Counted from the stretch's first letter, positions 13,744 through 27,670 are shown. The stretch: 64,000 nucleotides of DNA from Eledone cirrhosa (GCA_964016885.1 OZ024749.1:43896001-43960000); one strand, 5' to 3'. Numbers and translations: made by a program. The notes: a model not told the origin generated them from the letters alone.

Positions 13744-16269
13744 TTGTGTTATACACATTTCTGTGACGCAAATAACCTAACTATCTGTAACACTAACTTC
13801 AAAAAACGTGACAATCACCTGATCACCTATAGATCCGGGGAACACACAAGCCAGGTAGATTATATCCTTACCAGAAGACGTGACAGAGTGTCTGTTGTAA
13901 ACACTAAATCCCTCCCCCATGAAGAATGCACCTCCCAACATAGACTGATAATTAGCGACTTCATAGTCAGGACGAGACGTATTCGACAGCAGAAGAGGAC
14001 TATCCTCAGGAGAAAAATATGGAAGCTAAAGGACCCCACAGCCAGAAATAAATTTCAAAGCATATTACTTGATGCTTTCGACAGTAAGGAAGAGCATTTA
14101 GAGTCGGACAATATAGAGGGACAGTGGGAATTTCTGAAAGCAAACCTGCTGATGGCGACAGACGAAGTCTGTGGCTGGAACAGGCCTGTAGGCAGGAGGA
14201 GAGTAACATGGTGGTGGAACAGTAAGGTGGAGGGGTCAATTAAGGCCAAAAAGCAGGCTTGGAAAGTATGGCGGGATGGGGGAAGTAGAGAAGACTATCA
14301 AGTGGCCAGGAGGGAAGCTAGGAGACAAGTGTACTTAGCAAGAAGGGAAGCAGAGGAAAGTAAGTTCAAGCATGTTCTACAACGCGAGGACCAAAAACGT
14401 GAGGTGTTCAGGATTGCTAGGCAATGCGTCAAGGAAAACCGTGATATTGTCGGGGAGAAGTGTGTACTTAATGATGACGGCGTACTTGCCATCACCGACG
14501 CTGATAAGAAGGTAGCTTGGAAGTGTCACTATGAAAGGCTACTAAATGAGGAGAATAAATGGGAGAAAGACAGTCTCCCCCATATCGACCCAATAGAGGG
14601 ACCAGCAGTGTTAGTCGAGGGGAGTATAATAAGTAAGGCAATCAAGGATATGAAGACGGGTAAGGCGGCTGGGCCTTCGGAAATAGTTGCTGAGATGTTG
14701 AAGGCATCTGGCACGGTGGGACACACCATGGTCACCCGCATAGTTAACCAAGTCGTACAGAATGGGGTTGTTCCGAAGGACTGGCATAGCAGCATCATCG
14801 TTAACTGTTATAAGGGTAAAGGAGACACCCTAGATAGGAGTAACTATAGAGGCATTAAATTAATCGACCAGGTCATGAAGGTCACGGAAAAAGTAATAGC
14901 GCAACTAATCAGAGAGAGAATTGACCTAGATGAAATGCAGTTCGGGTTTGTGTCAGGCAAAAGTACCACAGACGCTCTTTTCATTGTACGACAACTACAG
15001 GAGAAGTACCTAGCTAAAGGTAAATCCCTCTACTTAGCTTTTGTCGACTTGGAGAAAGCCTTCGACAGAGTCCCCCGCTCCATTATCTGGTGGGCTCTTA
15101 GAAAACTAGGTGTTGACGAATGGCTTGTGAGAGCTATACAAGCCATGTATAAAGAAACAGTCAGCAAGGTTAGAATTAACAACGAATATAGTGAAGAGTT
15201 TAGCGTAAAAGTTGGCGTCCATCAGGGCTCTGTTCTCAGCCCCCTACTATTTATTATTGCCCTTCAGGCTATAACAGAGGAGTTCAAGACCGGCTGCCCA
15301 TGGGAACTCCTATACGCAGACGACCTGACACTCATAGCTGAATCAATGGCCGAGCTAGAGAAGAAATTCCAAACATGGAAGCACGGCCTAGAATCAAAAG
15401 GACTTAAAATTAACCTGGCTAAGACTAAAGTTCTAGTTTGTAGGAAAGAAAATAAGGCGGCGGTCCCTTCTGGGAAATGGTCATGCTCAGTGTGTAGGAA
15501 AGGCGTAGGTAGAAACTCCATTTTATGTCCTAAATGCAAAGTATGGGTGCATAAAAGATGTAGTGGGATCACAGGTAAGCTAACTAAGAACATAGATTTT
15601 ACATGTGGCCGGTGCTCTGGTGCAATAAGTAGCAGCAAGTGCCCACAAAATACTAGCTCTTTCAATTGCGCAGAGGGTTCTATAGAAATAGTGGACAGCT
15701 TCCGTTACCTGGGCGATAAAATCAGCAGTGGGGGAGGGTGCTCTGAAAGTACAGTAGCTAGAGTCAGAACTGGTTGGAAAAAGTTCAGAGAGCTTATACC
15801 ACTATTAGCTGCTAAAGGGTTCTCCCTAAAAATGAAAGGCAGGTTGTACGATGCCTGCATACGAACAGCAATGTTGCATGGCAGTGAGATCTGGGCATTG
15901 TGTGCAGAGGATATACGCAGACTAGAGAGGAACGAAGCTTGCATGCTCCGCTGGATGTGTAACAGTAATATACGTGAACGGCAAAGCATAAACGAACTAA
16001 GGAAAAAATTAGAAATAAGAGGGATCAGATGTTGTTTACTCGAGAGAAGGCTACGTTGGTATGGACACGTGATGCGCATGAAAGTCGATAGCTGTATAAC
16101 AAAGTGCAGGGCAATAAAGATAGACGGTAGCCACGGAATAGGCAGACCTAGAAAAACCTGGGACGAGCTGATAAACTCCGACCTCACACACTTACACCTC
16201 TCCAAGACAATGTCACTGGACTGAGACCTTTGGCAGTACTCAGTAACAGAGAAGACCCGCCTTACCTAA
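13744..16269 (+). pseudogene. RTE ORF (endonuclease/reverse transcriptase), N-terminally truncated, one premature stop near the C-terminus
   Basis: 826 uninterrupted codons. TGA at 16222 falls in D*DLW (expected DRxxW, i.e. CGA>TGA), and the frame continues to TAA at 16267-16269. Confidence 0.85.
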
Positions 16270-16668
16270 ATACATAGTAAAACCTACTACAGCCAGTAGG
16301 CATCTCTAACAAAATACACCCCGTCCCACCACCACCACCCCCACCCCATCCACACCACCCCGTTCTATGTAAAGTTATGTTGGTGCCGCGCCATCCAGGC
16401 CGAAACAAATGAGATCGTGTAGGTGTCACGACAAAAAAAACACACAGTCCACGCTGTAATGTGGCCGTGTAGGCAACACGGTAAAAACCTCCCAGACCCA
16501 CACTGTAAATGTGGTTGGTGTTAGGAAGGGCATCCAACTGTAGAAAACCTGCCAGACAGTCCTATGCGAGCAAGACAATCACTCTTGCCTCAAGTGGGAC
16601 TACCCCCGTCCAAACCCATGCAAGTGTGGAACACGGACGTTAAACGTGATGATGATGATGATGATGAT
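13750..16668 (+). mobile_element. 5'-truncated RTE-clade LINE (end of APE + RT + 3' UTR + (GAT)n tail)
   Basis: The ORF carries APE C-terminal motifs (QVDYIL, SQHRL) and RT motifs (NYRGIKL, QFGF, FVDLEKAFD, GVHQGSVLSP, YADD, FRYLG, RLRWYGHV, GRPRKTW). The 3' UTR ends in ggacgttaaacg(tga)n. Confidence 0.95.
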
Positions 16669-16951
16669 ATTACTAGAAAACAATGAAATTCTGTTGCAGG
16701 TCAAGGCTCCCGGTTAGATGGATTTCGAAACATATAGCAAAATATATAGTCACGCGTTAAGTATGAAATGTATTCATTGCAGTTTATTACATCTAGGGCA
16801 ATGTTCTGAATAAAATCAAACTGTGATACCATTTTCTAAGTCCTACTTATTTAAACTAAATATCCAAAAAGACATACGATACATGCTTTATAAATAAATA
16901 ACTAAAATATCCAATAGGATACAGGAGACTTGGGTGCATGGATTATCTGAA

Positions 16952-17216
16952 GGTGTGTGTGTGTTGGTGTGTGTGTGTGTGTGTGTGTGTGTTGGTGTGG
17001 TCTATGTGTGTTGGTGTGTGTGTCTATGTGTGTTGGTGTGTGTGTCTATGTGTGTTGGTGTGTCTATGTATGTTGGTGTGTCTATGTGTGTCTGTGTGTC
17101 TATGTGCATTTGTGTGTGTGCATGTTTGCACATGCATGTGTGTGAGCAGGTGGGAGTGTACATGTGTGTGTTTGTGTGTATGCGTGTATGTGCGTATTTG
17201 AGCATGCATGCATGTG

Positions 17217-17256
<40 letters not shown>

Positions 17257-17840
17257 TATTTGAGCATGCATGCATGTGCATGTGTGTGTGTGTATTTGAG
17301 CATGCATTCATGTTTGTGTATTTGTGCAAGCATGTTTTTGTACGTGTGTGTGCATGTTTGTTTGCTTGTTTGTGTGTGTGCATGTGTGTTTGCTTGATTC
17401 TGTGTGTGTGCAATATGTTTATGTACATGTGTATGCATGTGTGTGTGTGTAATATGTTTGTGTATGTGTATGTATGCGTGTGTGTGCATGTGTTTGTGTG
17501 TATGTGTGTGTGCATGTGTGTTTTCTTGTTTGCGCGCGTGTGTGTGTGTGTGTGAGTGTGAGTGTGAGTGCGTGCGTGCGTGCGTGCGTGCGTGTGTGTG
17601 TGTGTGTAATATGTTTGTGTACATGTGTATGTATGTGTTTGAATTTAGAAAAGAGAAAAACAAAATCTATTCAGTACATGTTAATTCAGTGAATTCAATT
17701 ATTTGAAATTGATATGTCATCCTGCTGCCAGTCCATGTATACATGTGTGTGTGCATGCATGTGTGTGTGTGTATATATGTGTATGTGCATGTATGCATAT
17801 GTGTGTGAGTGTGTGTGCATGTGTGTGTGCATGTGTATAT
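16952..17840. repeat. Degenerate (TG)n microsatellite region; similar regions at 19930-20990, 23170-23520 and 56850-57510
   Basis: Direct inspection. Confidence 0.9.
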
Positions 17841-19437
17841 TTAATCATTAAGGAATAAAATGATCAGAAAAATGTCATTCTAACCATTTTCAACTATATA
17901 TTACTGTGCCAGCAACTTTTTATTGCTACTTTTTCAAGATGAACAAACCTACCTCAACACTTAATTTAAAATCTTTAATATTTAATTCTTTTTAATTCTA
18001 ATACTCAACATTTGATAAGATGGATTTTATTGATACATCGAAACCGGTCATATTTTATAAATTTTATATACATTATAAAACTCTTTTTTTAAAAAGAATT
18101 GTCCCTCTCACTTTTTCAATAATGTCACTTTGACGAATCAAAAAAGAAAAACAGATCCTTAAATATATTTTAGGCCCAAATCTGGAATCAAAAGCTCGTT
18201 GGACTTGTGCTATAGTATTAATACAATGATTCGCTACATAAACTATATGGATTTGCAACTGACAAATAGTATTAGCAATTGGAAAAACCAATGGAAACAC
18301 TGTTTCCTCGGTCCAATTTGATGAACTCCATCCCACTCAGTAAGTAAATGAGATCTGGGATCTTGTCAATCAACTGTCAATATATATATATATATATACA
18401 AACTGCATCCAGTGGCAAGGCTCCAGTTCGGGAGTTCAGGAGCTGTGGGGAATGTGGAGTTACCCCTTAGTGCTGCCAGTAAGGTATTATCAGTCATTGA
18501 AAAGAACCACCTTGGGAATTTTACCTGCCCAAGATAGCCAGATAGATATATAATTTTTTTCCATCCCTTCCTCTTCTTCTCACTCTGTATTTCATCTTTT
18601 ATTTCTCCTCCTATCTTCTGAAATGTAAGGAGTCTTTTCTTATATCAATGTCCATTGGTCCATTAACAATTCAAGACTCTCTTAGACTCATCACCAGAAG
18701 GAAATGCTAAACATGATGGCACATTTTTTTGTGTATTTTGCTGGAGATTGCACTTCACATAAATGCACAGCAAACTGTCAGATAACATAAAATTGTTAAT
18801 TTTAAACCTTCCATCACTATTTCATATAAGGACCTTTAAGTTATGTTGCAAACTCCAGATAAATAATGAGAAAGTTAGATAACTAATCCTGATTATTTTC
18901 AAAATTATTTGAAAATCAAAGGCAGTGTCTTTTATTAGAAATATGGTAATGAAATAGTTAAAGAGTTTGTCTTTATCTAAAAACCTTCCATCTTAATGAA
19001 AGGAGCATTTGTTAAATTATATTCCAAACACCAGAAAAATAATAAGAAAGTTATATCACCAAATTCCTCCAAATTCTTGATTATTTTCAAAGTTATTTGA
19101 AAACTATAAGCAGTGTCTTACATTAGAAATATAAGAGTGAAATGGTTAAAAACTGAGATTTGAATAATAAATCGAAAAACCAGAATTTCTACCTAAGAGA
19201 AAGAGACACAGACATTCAGTGACAGACAGGCAGATAAAGAGAAAGATGTATGAGTAAGTGTGTGTGTGTGTGTGCATACATATAGAGAGAAAGACAAAGA
19301 TATGTGTATATGTATATATATACAGAGAGAGAGAGAGAGAGAAAGACAAAGGTGTGTGTGTGTGTGTGTGTGTGTGTGTATTTAGAGAGAGAGAGAGTTA
19401 ATCCAAATGAAGATGAAACTCCACTAAGCTTGCTTAC

Positions 19438-19532
19438 CTTAAACTTGTTTGATTTCAAACTGACCTCATCAGAGTGAAGGCAGCAGATATTGAAGTTGAG
19501 ATGTAATGATCTAATTACTATTTCAATCCGTT
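19438..19532 (-). other. Candidate non-coding 5'-UTR exon of the ACSL gene
   Basis: Consensus donor AAG|GTAAGC at 19438/19437 in unique sequence, preceded by a pyrimidine tract and AG. The ACSL exon starting at 11216 needs an upstream exon. Confidence 0.3.
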
Positions 19533-22500
19533 CTACTTTGATAAAACAAAAATAAAAAGGGGAGGAGGAAGAGGAAGGGGAGGAGCAGGAGGAGAAGAAA
19601 GAGAGAAAAACAACAACAACACTAATAACAACTGAATCTCAGTTTTCAAAAGGTAAACAGGTTGTGGCATGACACAGTTCAATGAGCAAGTTATATAGAA
19701 AGAATAATAATAATAAGTGTTTCTACGTTAGGCACAAGGCCAGCAATTACCCAGTGTATTACTGGTACTTTATTTTATCGACCCCGTAAGGATGAAAGGC
19801 AAAGTCAACCTCGGCGGGATTAATAATATGGTTTCTTTATTATATGATTATAATAATAATAATGTTGAATGATTTCTGATACACTTTTTCTTTATCTCTT
19901 TATTCCCATCTCTCTCTTTCTCCCCCCTCCCTCAGTGTGTGTGTAAGAGAGTATTCCCATCTTCCCCCCCCCCCCCTCGGTGTGTGATAGAGAAAGTGTG
20001 CGTAAGAGGGAGAGAGTGTGTGTAAGAGGGAGAGAGTGTGTGTAAGAGAGAGAGAGTGTGTGTAAGAGAGAGAGAGTGTGTGTGTAAGAGAGAGAGCGTA
20101 AGAGAGAGTGTGTGTGTAAGAGAGAGAGCGTAAGAGAGAGTGTGTGTGTGTGTGTCTAAGAGAGTGAGAGTGTGTGAGAGGAGAGAGAAAGAGAGAGTGT
20201 GTGTGTGTGTGTGAGTCTGTCTGTAAGAGAGAATGTGTTTGTGTGTGTATGTGTGTGAATGTATGAAGTGAGTGTGTGAGATTTTGTGGGGAGGGGGTGA
20301 CAGAGAGACAGAGAGAGAGAGAGTATGTGTGTGCATGTATATAAGCATGTGAGTGAGTCTCTGGAGTGTACTGGTGTGTATATGTGTACGTTGGAAAAAG
20401 AGAGAGATAATGTGTGCGCATGTGTGTGTTTATCTGTTTGCATGTATGTGTTGAAGTCTGAGTATCTGTAGTATGACTGCGTGGGAGTGTATTTTTAAGT
20501 TTAAGTGGGAGAGTGTATGTGTGTGTGTGTGTGTGCTTCTGTCTATGTGTGTGAGTATATTTGTATAACTGTATGTGTGCGTATTAGTGTATGTGTATGT
20601 GTGCACATGTTTATGTGCATGTGTATGTATGTCTGTGTGTGCATGTGTATCTGCATGTATATGCGAGTATCTGTGTGTGTATGTGCGAGTATCTGTGTGT
20701 GTATGTGTGTGTAATCTGTGTGTGCATGTGATTGTATGCGTATCTTCATGCATGTATATACATGTATGTCTGCGTGTGTATGTATGTGCAACTGTATGTG
20801 TATATTAACGTGTATATGTGTATGTGTATGTATTTGTGTGTGTGTGTATGTGTGTATCTGTATATGTGTATCTGTATGTGTGTGTGTGTGTATATATGTG
20901 TGTGTGTATATATGTGTGTGTGTATCTGTGTATCTGTATATGTGTGTATCGGTATATGTGTGTATATGTTTGTATGTGTATAAGTGTGTCGTAAACACAA
21001 ACCAGTAAACAAACTGACCTACTTGATGTATGTTGTTTTTCTAAGAGAAAATATTTGTCCAAATTGCCCAGTTTCTTGATAGCACCTTTAACACTAAACC
21101 TCTAGGTCAGGTTAAAGTATTTCTCCAGACATGTCCACTATCAAGTCAAGATCAATTAAAACCAATCAATATTAATATAAACTTAAATATAATCTTCTAT
21201 ATAGATAACGAAAAAAAAAATAAGTGATAGCAATTAAACATGCATTTAATGTTTGATAAGCTCTAAAACAGATCCTATTTCCAGAGCCACATAATACACC
21301 CCCCCCCCCAACCCCAACCCTATTTCCAGAGATACCTGCCTACACACAAATTGTAAATGATATACAATAAATTAAATCATTAATTTATATAAAATAAATA
21401 ATATACTATATTCTATGTATAAATAAATGTTATATATTTTTTATTTTATTATATTTATATATATATATGTATCATTTGATATTTAATATACTATTATATC
21501 ATCTCTACCACCCCCTTAGGCCCCAGCGCCCCCTTGCCTCTTGACCTTCTCACCCCCCCCCCCCCCCCCCCCACCCCCCGTGAGTGGGGGGTAGCGCCCA
21601 CTTTAAGAACCCCTGTTCTAAAATGTAGCTATAGAACTTGAGGGTTGATTCTTTATGGGCCACATAACCAGACTGGGTGAAAGGAGGACTTTGAGCTGCA
21701 GACAGCTTGGAATGTTCTCAATTAGGTCAACACTTGACCCAAAACCTTCAGCTTTTCTAAGGAGTTGCGCTGCAGGATGACAACAAAAAGAAACAAGTGT
21801 TTTGAAGTCATTCACCTTACTAAAGTTAGTCAGTCATGCAAGCTTCATTACAGGCTTCATACTCATCATGGAGTCTTTTTTGAGGTTATATTTTCCAACC
21901 AAGCAAGGGAGGTAGATTGGCAGAATCAGTACAGCGTCAGATATTATACCAATGTAGTATTCGTTCCGACTCTTTACATTATAAAATTCAAACCCCACGT
22001 AAATCTATGTTGCCTTTCGTACTTTCAGGGTCAATAAAATAAAATACCAGTCAAGTACTGGAGTTGATTTAATCAACTTTGGATTTCCCCTGTTCCTAAA
22101 TTAGAAAGCAATGTTTTATAACCAAATACTATTCCTGGTACCTCTTACAATACACAAGAGGACATTTACCTATCATAAATTACATACTTCCCATATAATT
22201 GTCGGGCCGGTTTCTGTCAGTCACTGGTACCATGTAACTCAATACAACCTGCTTCATGGTCGAGTGGTCGGCAACTAAATTGGCTCCCCCACCAAACTCT
22301 GGTCTAGTGAGGAGGATAAGTGGAACCCTAGCAGCGACCTGTTAAAATGGGCGGATAAACTCATCAGTCAACAGTGACGTCCACCCTAACAATGGATTAA
22401 ATAGCATCACCAACCCACAATTGGCCAAGAGAGGTCGGTGTAGCTACACCTCTGACATAACCAAACACCGAACAGGAAGTGGTGGAGGTCAACCAGAGAG

Positions 22501-23555
22501 GGGTTCCTCCTACAGGAGTGAGAAGCCCCTTGATTGGATTCTACATCCCAGATTCTCAAATAGATGTACATTTGACCCAAAACAGCAGTTCTACCAAACA
22601 TCTGGGCTGCAGAATGATAAGAAAAACAAGTATTTAACTCTTTAGCATTTACATTATTCTATATATACTATTGTAATTTTGAGGTAAAGGCATTACCTCA
22701 CATAATTATCTCACATAATATCAAATCTATGAGATTTTGATATTATTTATTTTGAGAACAATACCTTAACCCTTTAGCATTTACATAACTCTATATTTAC
22801 TATTATATTTTCACGATAAAGGCTTTACTTCACATAATTATCTCAGATAATATTGAGATTTTGATGTAATTCATTTTGAGAACAATACTTAACATCAATA
22901 TGAGAGGTCAATTACAGCTGGTTTGAACAGAAAGAGGTGAGAGAATTCTGGCCGGATATGGCCAATTTAAATGCTAAAGGGTTAACATAAGTATGAGCAG
23001 CTGGTTATGGCCAGTTTGAACAGAAAATGTTAAAGGGTTAAGGCCATTTTTCCTCAGCAATAACATATTAGATCAGAAGTTCCCTGTTACATTTGCTCCA
23101 TCACAGAATGTACTGTCAGGATTATCTTTCTTCTGTTTATTAATGACCTATTTCCTGCTACTTACAAATACACACATAAACAAATGACCAGACTAACACA
23201 CAACTACGCCCATACACTACAACACCCACATAACCACAGACAACTACACACACACACACATAACCACATACAAACAACAACACACGAGCATGCTTACACA
23301 CAACCACACACATATAGTCATATGCTGATGATACATATCCACACACCCAGACATAACCTCACATGCACACACAACCACACACATATATACAGTCATATGC
23401 TGATGATACATATACACACACCCAGGCATAACCTCACACACACACACAAGACACATATACATAGTCATATGCTGATGATACATATCCACACACCCACACA
23501 TAACCTAACACACACGCACAATCATATGTTGATGATACAACTCTTCTTTCCTTCT

Positions 23556-24110
23556 AAACCCTTTCTTCACTATATTTCTAATAAAAGACATTGCTTATGT
23601 CATTAACCTTTCCGTTACCATATTTCTAATGAATGACACTGCCCATGTCTTTAACCCTTCCATTACTAGATTTCTAATAAAAGACACTGCCTCTGTCTTT
23701 AACCCTTTCGTTACCATATTTCTAATGAAAGACATTGCCTATGTCTTTAACCTTTTCGTTACCATATTTCTAATGAAAGACATTGCCTATGTCTTTAACA
23801 CTTCCATTACTAGATTTCTAATAAAAGGCACTGCCTCTGTCTTTAACCCTTTCGTTACCATATTTCTAGTGAAAGACATTGTCTATGTCTTTAACCTTTC
23901 CATTACCATATTTCTCATCAAAGACAGTCTATGTCATTAACTCTTTCATCAACATATTGCTAATGAAAGACCCTACCAATGTCTTTAACCCTTTCATCAC
24001 CAGATTTCCAACGAAAGACACTGCTTATGTTTTTAACCCTTTCATTACCAAATGTCTAATGACAAACCCTACAAATGTATTTAACCCTTTCATGACCATA
24101 TTTCTATTAA
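23556..24110. repeat. 48-bp minisatellite derived from a piggyBac-like terminus
   Basis: About 11 units of TTAACCCTTTCGTTACCATATTTCTAATGAAAGACAYTGCCTATGTCT. Confidence 0.85.
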
Positions 24111-24687
24111 TTAATGAAGAATTTTGTGGGATTTACTAAAACTATTAATTATTTCATTACTAAGATAGTAACTTAATGTAAGTTTCTTATATAAAATTAT
24201 GTTGGAAGATTTTAAGTTAAATTGGAACCCTTTGAAATAGGTGATTTTATTTCACAGAACCAGAGCCAGTTTTGGCCAGGTTGGTAACTAAAAGGCTAAC
24301 ATGTGGTTCTTATATTAAATTATGTTGGAAGATTTTAATTTAAATAGGATTCTTTTAAAATGGGTGGGTTTATGTCATTGAATCAGAGCCAGTTTCTGAC
24401 CAGATTGATTTCAAAAGGGTGAAACCATTGTAGAAGTTGTAACAACAGCTAAAGCAATCTAATAAATGCCTCAAGTCCCTCGACTTTAATTTAACAAATA
24501 GCCCCAATCTAGTAATTTATTAACCCCTTAAATTTAGATCATTGATAAAGGAGGAAAATATGATGATCAATTAAAATATTAATCATAACTAATTAATTAC
24601 TTGTTACAGCAAGTCTAAAAACTGAACGGTTTCAGGAAGACTCAGATATTAATCAACTTTAATCTACTTAATGATTGATGTGACATT

Positions 24688-26110
24688 TATGATCATCATT
24701 AGCAACATCATTTAATGGCATCATCATCAACACCATCATCATTAGCATCACCATCATCATTAGTAACATCATCATCATCATCATCATTAGCATCACCATC
24801 ATCATTAGTAATATCATCATCATCATCATCATTAGCAACATCATCATTGTCATTGGCAACATCATCATCATTAGCAACATCATCATTGTCATTGGCAACA
24901 TCATCATCATTAGCAACATCATCATCATCATTAGCAACATCATCATTATCATTGGCAACATCATCATCATTGTCATTGGCAACATCATCATCATTAGCAA
25001 CATCATCATTGTCATTGGCAACATCATCATCATTAGCAACATCATCATTGTCATTGGCAACATCATCATCATTGTCAACATCATCATCATTAGCAACATC
25101 ATCATTGTCATTGGCAACATCATCATCATTAGCAACATCATCATTGTCATTGGCAACATCATCATCATTAGCAACATCATCATTGTCATTGGCAACATCA
25201 TCATCATTAGCAACATCATCATCATCATTAGCAACATCATCATTATCATTGGCAACATCATCATCATTGTCATTGGCAACATCATCATCATTAGCAACAT
25301 CATCATTGTCATTGGCAACATCATCATCATTAGCAACATCATCATTGTCATTGGCAACATCATCATCATTGTCAACATCATCATCATTAGCAACATCATC
25401 ATCATTAGCAACATCATCATTGTCATTGGCAACATCATCATCATTAGCAACATCATCATTATCATTGGCAACATCATCATCATTGTCATTGGCAACATCA
25501 TCATCATTAGCAACATCATCATTGTCATTGGCAACATCATCATCATTAGCAACATCATCATTATCATTGGCAACATCATCATCATTATCATTGGCAACAT
25601 CATCATCATTGTCATTGGCAACATCATCATCATTAGCAACATCATCATTGGCAACATCATCATCATTAGCAACATCATTATCATTGGCAACATCATCATC
25701 ATTGTCATTGGCAACATCATCATCATTAGCAACATCATTATCATTGGCAACATCATCATTGTCATTGGCAACATCATCATCATTAGCAACATCATTATCA
25801 TTGGCAACATCATCATCATTGTCATTGGCAACATCATCATCATTAGCAACATCATTATCATTGGCAACATCATCATCATTGTCATTGGCAACATCATCAT
25901 CATTAGCAACATCATCATTGGCAACATCATCATTGTCATTGGCAACATCATCATCATTAGCAACATCATCATTATCATCATTAGCATCATCATCATTAGC
26001 AACATCATCATTAGCAACATCATCATCATCATTAGCAACATCATCATTATTATCATTGGCATCATCATCATTAGCAACATCATTATCATCATTAGCAACA
26101 TCATCATCAG
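24688..26110. repeat. Compound (CAT/GAT)n-derived minisatellite
   Basis: Units of tcattagcaacatcatca / ttgtcattggcaacatca with strict 3-nt phase. Confidence 0.95.
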
Positions 26111-26539
26111 CTCTGTTGAGACCATTAACTCTTTCATTTCTAATGAAATAAACTCTATGTGTTTCAATAAGTTTTTAATCCTTTTCATTCGAGCCTGCCA
26201 AAAAAACCCTTGCAGTTGGAACAAGATAATCCAATTTAAAGCATTCCTAATTAAATTTAAACTGTCCAGCATAATTTGTTAAATTATGTTACATATACCA
26301 TCTTAATAAGGAAATAATTATTAATTGTAGTAAATCCCTCCAAATCCTTCATTAATTAAGTCAAATACAATGTATGTCATTAGGGAAATTTGGTCACGAA
26401 AATGTTATGTGGTGTGGTGGCTATGGTGGACAGAGATGTATGGTTCTGAGAATGGAGGGGGAGACAAAGTGATGGTATGATATGAGAGAGAGACCAACTG
26501 AAGAGTACATGTTGGTAAGAGGTTGAGTTTGAATAAATA

Positions 26540-27050
26540 ACATCATCAACATTGTTTTTATGTCAGTTGTTCCATGAATGCATGGGTTGGATAGATCCTT
26601 TTCAGCACAGTATCTCTCCACACGTCACAATCCTTCATCATCTCCATTATGAGTTTCAGTCATTTGAAATCAGCTCTCACTACTTCTGCCCAGGTCTTCC
26701 TTGGCTTTCCTCTACTGTGGCTTCCTTCCACAGAGATTTAATGGCACTTCTTCAGCTAGTGATCACTATCCAAGCACATCACATGCCCATACCAACACAG
26801 TTTTATCTCCTGCACACTACTTCTGATTCCTCTTATACCTAGATTTTCTCTCAGATCATCCAAGCTCTGTTGTTCTCTTACATTAACATTTCACATTCAT
26901 TGAAGCATGCTTGCTTCATTTCTCTCTAGCCTGTGCATTTCCTCCACAATCATAGACAAAAGTAGGCTGAGGACCAAGCCCTGATGAACTCCTACCTGTA
27001 CATTGAATACCTCACTAAACCCTTTTGTCATTCTCTTCATTATTGGCTGT
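26540..27050 (-). mobile_element. Decayed, internally deleted RTE LINE fragment
   Basis: FSEVFNVQVGVHQGLVLS joined to C-terminal motifs (WYGHV, GKPRKTW) and a (GAT)n tail; similar remnants lie at 31390-31605(+) and 61890-62180(-). Confidence 0.7.
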
Positions 27051-27343
27051 TATGTTTCTTCCTGAATAGCTATCCATTTTAGCTATCAATGCACTGCAGT
27101 GAAGTGTACTGTCTTTAATGCGTTCAAAACATCAGTGATTCACAGAAGACAGCCGATGAGCGGGAATTTCCTTGTGTTTGTGATTCTCTCACATTTTCTC
27201 AATAATATTTATTAGTTACCACAAAGTGCAGTTTTCACTTTTTTAATTCATATATATATGTGTGTATACCTACCTACTTGACCTAAATAGATATATAGGT
27301 ACATCATCATCATCGTTTAACGGTCTATCTTCCACGCTAGCAT

Positions 27344-27385
<42 letters not shown>

Positions 27386-27624
27386 TATTTACGTATCGAG
27401 AAAGAGAAAAAAGGGGAGGATAGGTGATACATATAGTTATTTGCCAAGTAGCGTATGCCAAAGGTGCTCGATACTAGTGCCGGCAGTATTAAATATTCGA
27501 AGTGTTAATATTTAGTGGGCTAGAGAGTTAGCAGAGCGTAAGCACGTGGGAAAGTAAAAAAAATCGGAGAATAGACCGTTAAAACATGTTTATTTAAAAC
27601 AGCACCTACGTACGTTTCGCCCAG

Positions 27625-27670
<46 letters not shown>

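Noticed and set aside
19452-19475. CTGATGA...GAAA on the minus strand; similar motif at 45968-45992 (+)
   Set aside because: No stem II or stem I pairing, so these are chance matches to the hammerhead core.
24668-26272. 534-aa Met-rich and 478-aa SLATSS ORFs
   Set aside because: Alternative frames of a (GAT)n-derived repeat, with no domain, signal peptide or splice support.
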